Source: Bacteroidia bacterium (GTDB lineage: Bacteria; Bacteroidota; Bacteroidia; SXHM01). From it: DNA of 64,000 nt. Made by a program: the position numbers and the translations under genes. Every line of letters begins with the position of its first letter. Within the stretch, counting starts at the first letter, position 1. This document shows, piece by piece, positions 1 to 6,700 of the stretch. Below the pieces are notes generated by a model. That model had not been told where the DNA came from. It saw nothing but the letters and a program-made list of their open reading frames with translations, and did no database searches. Location of the stretch: the NCBI GenBank assembly GCA_022072225.1, contig JAJVIC010000015.1, forward strand, positions 49,762 to 113,761, written 5' to 3'.

Positions 1-1
1 A

Positions 2-1336
2 TTCTCTAGTAAAGAGATAAACTATCTTTTTGTTGTAGATATTTTTAATGAAGGAATAGATATACCAGAAATTGATACCGTTTTATTTTTAAGACCAACA
101 GAAAGTTTGACAGTTTTTCTTCAACAACTTGGAAGAGGTTTGAGATTAGCAGAAGGTAAGGAGTGTTTAACAGTTTTAGATTTTGTTGGAAATTCAAGAC
201 CTGAGTATGATTTTGAAGGCAAATTCAGAGCTTTAGTTGGGAAAACAAATACACCCATCCAGAAAGAAATCGAAGATGATTTTCCTCATTTACCACTAGG
301 TTGTTCTATTATTCTAGAGAAAAAAGCAAAAGATATAATTCTTCAAAATATAAAGAATGCTACTTCGTTTAATATAAACCAACTCTTAAAAAAAATACGC
401 GATTACAAACATCAAACAACTTTACCTCTTACGATTAAAAACTTTTCAAACTTTAATAATATACCTCTTCAATTAATTTACAAAAAATATAATTGGAGGA
501 GATTATGTGTTATGGCTGAGCAATTGGAAAATTATTCAGAAACAAACGAGAAAGAAATTTATAGAGCTATTAATTTAAAATGGCTCTCTTGTAATTCAAA
601 CTCATACTTCAAATTTATTCTATCATTAGCGAGGAAAGGTTTTAACATCAGCTTCAATAAACTAAGTGACGAGGAAAAAATAATGTGTTTAATGCTTCAT
701 TATGATGTGTGGCAAACAGAGGGCGGCTATAAATCATTAGAGGAAAGCATTAAATCAATTGGGATTAATAAAACATTGACAGAAGAGATAATTGAAGTTC
801 TTGAAATCCTTATTGACAAAATTGATTTCTTAGAAAGAGAGATTTCACTTCCTTATCTGCAACCTCTTAAAATTCATAGTCGCTATACAAGAGATCAAAT
901 TCTTGCAGCATTTAGAATAAGTTCCTTTGAGAAAAAATCTTCAAATAGAGAAGGGGTTGCAGAAAACAAAAAATTGAAAACAGAACTTCTATTTATTGAT
1001 TTGGTTAAATCTGAAAAAGATTTTTCTCCTACAACATTGTATCAAGATTATGCCATTAGCGATACTCTATTTCATTGGCAAACGCAAAATTCTGCGAAAC
1101 CAGAAAGTGGTAAAGGGTTATCATACATTTCTCATGAAGAAAATGAAAAAATAGTTTTACTTTTTGTTAGAGAAAAGAACACAGATGAATTTGGAAATAC
1201 AATGTCTTATGTGTTTTTAGGTCAAGTTAAATATATAGACCACTATGGTTCAAAGCCTATGAGCATAAATTGGGAATTAAAAGAACCTATTCCTCCTTAT
1301 CTTTGGAAAGATATTGCTAAAATGGCAGTGGGCTAA
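2..1336 (+). CDS. SF2 helicase (type III restriction Res-like), C-terminal part, fused to a DUF3427-like C-terminal domain; the 5' end lies outside the window
   Basis: The frame of ORF 107..1336 stays open back to nt 2. The upstream part reads FVVDIFNEGIDIPEIDTVLFLRPTES (helicase motif V region), then QQLGRGLR (motif VI). The last ~130 aa (HSRYTRDQIL...LFHWQTQNS...VLLFVRE...YVFLGQV...KPMSINWEL) resemble DUF3427 as I remember it. The DNA is very AT-rich. Confidence 0.7.
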   Translation, partial: FSSKEINYLFVVDIFNEGIDIPEIDTVLFLRPTESLTVFLQQLGRGLRLAEGKECLTVLDFVGNSRPEYDFEGKFRALVGKTNTPIQKEIEDDFPHLPLGCSIILEKKAKDIILQNIKNATSFNINQLLKKIRDYKHQTTLPLTIKNFSNFNNIPLQLIYKKYNWRRLCVMAEQLENYSETNEKEIYRAINLKWLSCNSNSYFKFILSLARKGFNISFNKLSDEEKIMCLMLHYDVWQTEGGYKSLEESIKSIGINKTLTEEIIEVLEILIDKIDFLEREISLPYLQPLKIHSRYTRDQILAAFRISSFEKKSSNREGVAENKKLKTELLFIDLVKSEKDFSPTTLYQDYAISDTLFHWQTQNSAKPESGKGLSYISHEENEKIVLLFVREKNTDEFGNTMSYVFLGQVKYIDHYGSKPMSINWELKEPIPPYLWKDIAKMAVG

Positions 1337-1347
1337 TTAAACTAAAG

Positions 1348-1668
1348 ATGAACATCGAATTCAATTACATGTATCGTGATGGCGCAAACTATAAACAGTT
1401 TGGGTCAGTAGTTTTTGTTAATCCTGATAATATTTCTGTTGCAGAAATAGAAATGCAGATAAAAGAATTACTAATAGACGGTGAGTTTTTTGATTATAAA
1501 AAATGGAGTATTCCTTCAATACATAAATACCCATACGATTCAGAAATTGACCATGATTGGTATACTTTTGAAGGTCTCCTAACTACCGAAAACTCTGCTA
1601 ACGATAAAAGAACTGTAAGAGATTTCTTAAAGGAAATAAATAATAAGTTGGCTTACCTCCCCTGTTGA
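1348..1668 (+). CDS. hypothetical 106-aa protein, probably co-transcribed with the helicase
   Basis: The ORF starts 11 nt after the helicase stop, on the same strand, with the same AT-rich composition. I recognise no domain. The N-terminal motif is NYMYRDGANYK. Confidence 0.5.
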   Translation: MNIEFNYMYRDGANYKQFGSVVFVNPDNISVAEIEMQIKELLIDGEFFDYKKWSIPSIHKYPYDSEIDHDWYTFEGLLTTENSANDKRTVRDFLKEINNKLAYLPC

Positions 1669-1736
1669 ATCAAATCGCAATCCGGCTCTTAACACCCGCT
1701 CTTTTGTAATTACCTTTCTGCTAAAACTGCCTGCAG

Positions 1737-2861
1737 CTATTTCTTCTCCCCATCCGTTTTTTCCACAAAACCCTTCCATCTTTTCATATAATGGATAAAG
1801 GCAGGGCCCAGGTCTTGCTCTTTAAGATGCTGCACAGAGTAAGGTTGCGGAGCAGGCTGCACGCTAAAGTCTTTTACCAGCGTAGGCCAGTTGGCATGGG
1901 CTATGGCTGCCTTGCCTATGGCAACTATATCGGCACCCAGTTCCAGTGCTTTTTCGGCATCGCTGCGGCTCCATATATTACCGGCTACCATAATGGGGGT
2001 ATGGGGCAGCGCCTCCCGGAAATACGTAATAAGGGCTTTATCGCCTTCCGCATATTTATCGGGTTTTTTAAAGGCATCCCAGGGCGATAGGTGGATAAAA
2101 GCCGCACCATCGGCAGCCAGCCATTGAGCCACCTGAAGACTTTCGTCAAAATCAATTCCTTTAAAGGTATATTTATCTTCGGGCGAAAGACGCACGCCCA
2201 CCAGAAAGTTGTTGGAGGTAACGGCTTTTATCTTTTGCAATATGATGCGCAGCAAACGGCTGCGGTTTTCAAGCGAACCACCCCACTCATCGCTGCGCAT
2301 GTTGGTAGCCGCGCTTAAAAACTGATGCAGCAGATAGCCGTGGGCTCCGTGCAGTTCTACTCCGTCAAAGCCTGCCTGTTCGGCCCTTTCAGCGGCTGAT
2401 ACAAAATCGGCTATCGCACGGTTAATGTCATCGCTTGTTGCTGCCCTTACCTCAACCGGTTTTTTGGGGTGAGGCATCGTGTGCGCACTGGCGCTCCAGG
2501 GTTGTGTGCCGGTGCATTCCTGCGGGCTGCGGGCTCCCCCATGAAAAATCTGAACAAGGGCAAGACTGTTATAGCTGTGAATACCTGCTGCAAGGCGGGT
2601 AAGGCCCGCAAGATGACTATCGTGCGCAATGCCCAGTTCTCCGTCCCAGCCTTTGCCGTCTTCTGCAACATAAGCGGCACAGGTGCTGATCAGTCCAAAG
2701 CCTTCTTTAGCCCTGCGTTGAAGCCATTTAAATTCGTCATCGCTCAACGTGCCGTCAGTATTACTCTGCAGATTGGTAAGGGGAGCCAGCGCAATGCGGT
2801 TGGGCATTGTTTTGTCTGTATCACAAAAATGGAAAGGAGTAAAAAGCAAGGAAGTTTTCAT
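1737..2861 (-). CDS. NADH:flavin oxidoreductase, Old Yellow Enzyme family
   Basis: Contains LAPLTN, QIFHGG and ELHGAHGYLLHQFLS motifs typical of OYE TIM-barrel flavoenzymes. The start is set at the internal Met (MKTSLLFTPF...) because the upstream 41 codons of ORF 1737..2984 look like non-coding read-through. Confidence 0.85.
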   Translation of the reverse strand: MKTSLLFTPFHFCDTDKTMPNRIALAPLTNLQSNTDGTLSDDEFKWLQRRAKEGFGLISTCAAYVAEDGKGWDGELGIAHDSHLAGLTRLAAGIHSYNSLALVQIFHGGARSPQECTGTQPWSASAHTMPHPKKPVEVRAATSDDINRAIADFVSAAERAEQAGFDGVELHGAHGYLLHQFLSAATNMRSDEWGGSLENRSRLLRIILQKIKAVTSNNFLVGVRLSPEDKYTFKGIDFDESLQVAQWLAADGAAFIHLSPWDAFKKPDKYAEGDKALITYFREALPHTPIMVAGNIWSRSDAEKALELGADIVAIGKAAIAHANWPTLVKDFSVQPAPQPYSVQHLKEQDLGPAFIHYMKRWKGFVEKTDGEKK

Positions 2862-2965
2862 AGGTATAAAAGGTATGAATTGCGGGATGCAAAGGAATGA
2901 AAAATCCTCGCTCATCGGCCTCATCCGCGTGCCATTCCCCCGCTGGTTTGGTGCCACCCTCATTT

Positions 2966-2981
2966 TGTGATATATATCACA
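2966..2981. promoter_or_regulatory. Perfect 16-bp palindrome TGTGATATATATCACA (CRP/FNR-type TGTGA-N6-TCACA box), candidate operator
   Basis: Read directly from the sequence. It is centred about 112 bp upstream of the OYE start codon, in the divergent OYE/A2M intergenic region. Confidence 0.35.
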
Positions 2982-3032
2982 CACTTTCTGAAAAGTAATC
3001 CGTATTGGCCACCCCCTCCGCTTATACCTCCT

Positions 3033-3377
3033 CTATCGGGTCTCTCCAACAACCATATCGGGTCATCCCAAAAGGTATATCGGGTACCCCCAAGAGATAT
3101 ATCGGGTTCCCCCAAAAGGTATATCGGGTATCCCCAAAAGGTATATCGGGTACCCCAAAAAGGTATATCGGGTATCCCCAAAAGGTATATCGGGTCACCC
3201 CAAGAGGTATATCGGGTATCCCCAAAAGGTATATCGGGTTCCCCCAAAAGGTATATCGGGTCACCCCAAGAGGTATATCGGGTATCCCCAAAAGGTATAT
3301 CGGGTTCCCCCAAAAGGTATATCGGGTCACCCCAAAAGGTATACCGGGTACCCCCAAAAGGTATATCGGGTTCCCCT
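3033..3377. repeat. Tandem array of 16 units of a 22-bp repeat (consensus GGTATATCGGGTNNCCCCAAAA) with a 66-bp higher-order structure
   Basis: The ATATCGGGT core recurs at 3055, 3077, 3099 ... 3363, exactly every 22 bp. There is a degenerate unit at 3033. Units at 3187-3340 repeat as CAC/AT/TC triplets, giving a 66-bp period. Confidence 0.95.
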
Positions 3378-3559
3378 GATAACCATCCCCTGTTCCCTTT
3401 ATCAATATATGAGATGGAGTGGGATAAGAGGGTGAGGTCCGTCAGCTTATCAACGTACACAATCGTCCGCTTTAGGCGTCAACCCAATCTCGCGTGCATC
3501 GCCTGCCTCGTCCGCCTATGGCGGGTGGGCGGGTGTCCACGCTGAGTGCGTCTGCATTT

Positions 3560-3594
3560 CCCCCTCCTTTTTTCAAGGAGGGGGCAGGGGGTGG
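3560..3594. repeat. Intergenic copy of the short GC-rich hairpin element (family B: CCCCTCC-loop-GGAGGGG next to GGGGTG)
   Basis: CCCCCTCC TTTTTTCAA GGAGGGGG CAGGGGGTGG. It has the same architecture, in reverse orientation, as the copies at 10819, 24729 and 46821-46920. Confidence 0.6.
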
Positions 3595-3659
3595 TAAATT
3601 ATTTTTCACCACCACAAAATAATTTCCCTACCACCCCGTTATACAATTAAGCAATCTGT

Positions 3660-3667
3660 TAATTTTG
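3660..3667 (+). promoter_or_regulatory. Candidate Bacteroidota -7 promoter box (TAnnTTTG) for the A2M/pbpC operon
   Basis: TAATTTTG lies 33 nt upstream of the ATG at 3701. This is a motif match only. Confidence 0.3.
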
Positions 3668-3700
3668 TAACAGCGCTCCCTCAATCTTTTTCTTAAACCT

Positions 3701-6700
3701 ATGTCAAACCACAAAATTTTCCGCCTGCTGGCTGCCGCAGCCGCATTGACTTTATTCATTGTTATAATTATTGGCTACAATGCCAAGACAAGAGAGAATC
3801 AGCGCGTAAATCCTGAGTTTGCACCCTACATCTCCGCCTTCACCTCGGGGCTCATCTCCTCCGAGTCCTCCATCATCGTTCGCCTTGCCAGCGACTATGA
3901 AAAAGCAGGTGCCCCCGGTGAAGAAATAAGCGAAGAACTCTTCGACTTCTCACCCGGCATCAGCGGCAAAACCTATTGGGACGATAAACGCACCCTGCGT
4001 TTCAAACCCGATGCCCCTTTGCCTTCCGGTGTTGATTTCACCGTCAGCTTCTACATCTCCAAACTGTTGGAGATGCCTCAGGGCCTGGAAACCTTTGAGT
4101 TTTACTTCACCGTTATTGAACAAAGTGCGGGTTATTACCGCGATGGCTTCAAACCCCTGAATAATGCCGACCTCCGTTGGTATAAGGCTTATGGTTTTAT
4201 GTCCACTTCCGATGTAAGCGACAACGAAAGTTTCGAGAAAATACTTTCGGCAAAGCAGAACGGTAAAAACCTTTCCATCAAATGGACTCACAATGCCGAC
4301 CGCAAAAAGCATGACTTTGTTATCGACAGCATTGAGCGCACCGAAAACGAGCAGAAAATAATCGTTACCTGGGATGGTGCTCCTCTCAACATCAAAGGCA
4401 AAGGCAGCGATACCGTTACCATTCCGGGCTTAAAAGATTTCCGTTTTGTAGAACATTATCTTGAACAAAGTGGAGAACAATACCTGCGTCTCCTCTTTTC
4501 CGACCCGCTTTTGTCAACCCAGAACTTAGATGGTCTTATCCGTTTTGCGGACGACAGTCCCCTGCGCTTTATTATTGAAGACAACGAAGTGCGTGTGTAT
4601 CCTGCATCGCGTTTGCGTGGTGTTAAAAACCTGATCATCGAGCCCGGAATCAGGAACAGTGCTGATTACAAAACATTGGTGAAAGACATTCTCGAGCTGC
4701 GTTTCGAAGAACTGAAACCCGCAGTGCGTTTATTAGGAGACGGTGTTATACTTCCCAACTCCAGCGGATTGATTTTTCCGTTTGAAGCCGTGAACCTGAG
4801 TGCTGTGGATGTAAAAGTGATTCGTATTTACGAAAATAACATTGCACAATTCCTGCAGGTAAACAGCCTTGATGGCACCAACCAGTTGAAGCGCGTAGGC
4901 CGCACCGTCTTCAAAAAGAAAATAGATTTAAAAACCCTGAATAAAACCGACTACGGAAAATGGAATGCCTTCTCACTCGACCTAGCCGGGTTGATAGAAA
5001 CCGAACCGGGTGCTATCTATAAAATAGAACTCAGCTTCAGGCAGGATTACTCGCTCTATAGCTGCGAAGGAGATGAAAAGAAAAATAAAGAACTGCAACC
5101 GCTGGAAGAAGAGGAAAACGAAGATGAAGACAGTTATTATGGTGATTATTATTACGATGATTACTATTATAATGACTACTACGAAGACGACTATTACTAT
5201 GAAGATGAATACTACGGTGACTACGATTACCGTCAACGCGACAATCCCTGCAATGCTGCGTATTATAACAACAACCGCAAGGTAAGCCGAAATATTCTTG
5301 CTTCTGATTTGGGAATAATTGCAAAAGCCGGTTCTGCAAAAACAATGAGCTTTGCCATTACCGATTTGCGCACCGCTAACCCGCTGCCCGGCATTACACT
5401 GGAGGTTTACGATTTTCAGCAACAACTCATCACCTCCGTAAAAACCAACAACAACGGCACTGCCGATGTGGAAGTTGCCCGCAAACCTTTTCTACTCGTT
5501 GCAAAAAACGGTCGTCAGCGCGGCTACCTGAAACTGGATGACGGCTCATCACTTTCACTCAGTAAGTTTGATATTTCCGGTCAGCCCGTGCAGAAAGGAC
5601 TGAAAGGATTTATCTATGGTGAGCGCGGTGTATGGCGCCCCGGTGATTCATTATACCTTGTATTCATTCTCGAAGACAAGGAGAAAACATTGCCCCTTAA
5701 TCATCCTGTAACCCTCGATTTGGTAAACCCGCAGGGACAGATTGTGAAACGCATCACGCAATCAACCGGTGTGAATGGCATTTACAACCTGAGCACCGCA
5801 ACGGATAACAATGCGCCCACCGGAACATGGACAGCAAATGTAAGAGTGGGTGGCGCCTTGTTCAGTAAAAACCTGCGCGTGGAAGCCATCAAGCCCAACC
5901 GCCTGAAACTGAAACTGGATTTCGCTACCGAAATGCTCTCGGTGGATAAACCCGACCAGGAAGGGTTACTTTCCGTGAAGTGGCTGCACGGGGCAACTGC
6001 CCGCAATTTAAAAGCAACAGTAGCAGTTACACTCACTGAAGCATCCACCTCCTTTGAGAAATTCAAAGAGTATGTTTTCACCGACCCCGTGAAAAGTTTC
6101 TCATCGGAAGAGCAAATCATCTTTGATGCAAAGATTAACGAGAAAGGTGAAGCGAAAATAAAACCTGCGCTCACTGTTCACGATGCTGCTCCCGGAATGC
6201 TGAAAGCAAGTTTCGTGAACCGTGTGTTTGAAGAAGGCGGTGATTTCAGTATCGACCGTTTCTCTATTCCGTATTCACCGTATGAATGTTATGTGGGCGT
6301 GAATGTTCCCGATGGCGATAAATACCGCAACATGTTGTTGGTTGATTCAACACATACGGTAGATTTTGTTTCTGTTTCTCCCGAAGGAAAAACATTGGGC
6401 AACCGCAAGGTGCAGATTGAGATTTATAAAGTGCAATGGAGTTGGTGGTGGGAGAGTGCCAACTACTACGGCTATTATGCCGGTAATTATAACAACAAAC
6501 TGTTTTACCGCGATACCATTACTACTGACGCATCAGGAAAAGGGAAATACAATTTCAAAATAGAGTATCCCGAGTGGGGAAGGTTTATGGTTCGCATCAC
6601 GGATTTGAAAGGCGGACACAGTGCCGGAAACGACATTTACCTTGACTGGCCGGGCTGGGCAAGCCGCTCGTATGACGATAACTCGGGCGCGAATATTCTT

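Noticed and set aside
1791-2970. Plus-strand ORFs opposite the OYE gene (1791..2090, 1891..2127, 2091..2318, 2469..2900, 2749..2970), the minus-strand ORF 2447..2680, and the 41-codon N-terminal extension of ORF 1737..2984.
   Set aside because: These are shadow or off-frame ORFs inside a well-supported OYE gene. The extension precedes a good internal Met and has no homology-like features.
3033-3377. Possible CRISPR array.
   Set aside because: The units are directly adjacent (22-bp period) with no unique spacers. No cas genes or leader are present.
2960-3545. Four long overlapping ORFs on both strands (2960..3460-, 2967..3545+, 3005..3379+, 3022..3405-) with repetitive translations such as PQKVYRVTPRGISGIPKRYIGF.
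   Set aside because: They are artefacts of the 22-bp tandem array. Its 66-bp higher-order period is a multiple of 3, which keeps multiple frames free of stops. There is no start context or coding-like composition.
3461-3559. A GC-rich block (…CGCCTGCCTCGTCCGCCTATGGCGGGTGGGCGGGTGTCCACGC…) considered as a possible small structured RNA or tRNA fragment.
   Set aside because: Only short local stems are present (CCGCC/GGCGG). I found no tRNA cloverleaf or T-loop consensus (GGTTCGAATCC-like) and no known motif. This is insufficient support.
4982-5425. ORFs over the Tyr/Asp-rich segment of the A2M gene (4982..5425-, 5037..5345-, 5073..5285+).
   Set aside because: These are low-complexity reading-frame artefacts of the Y/D/E-coding DNA inside a strongly supported 1878-aa gene.
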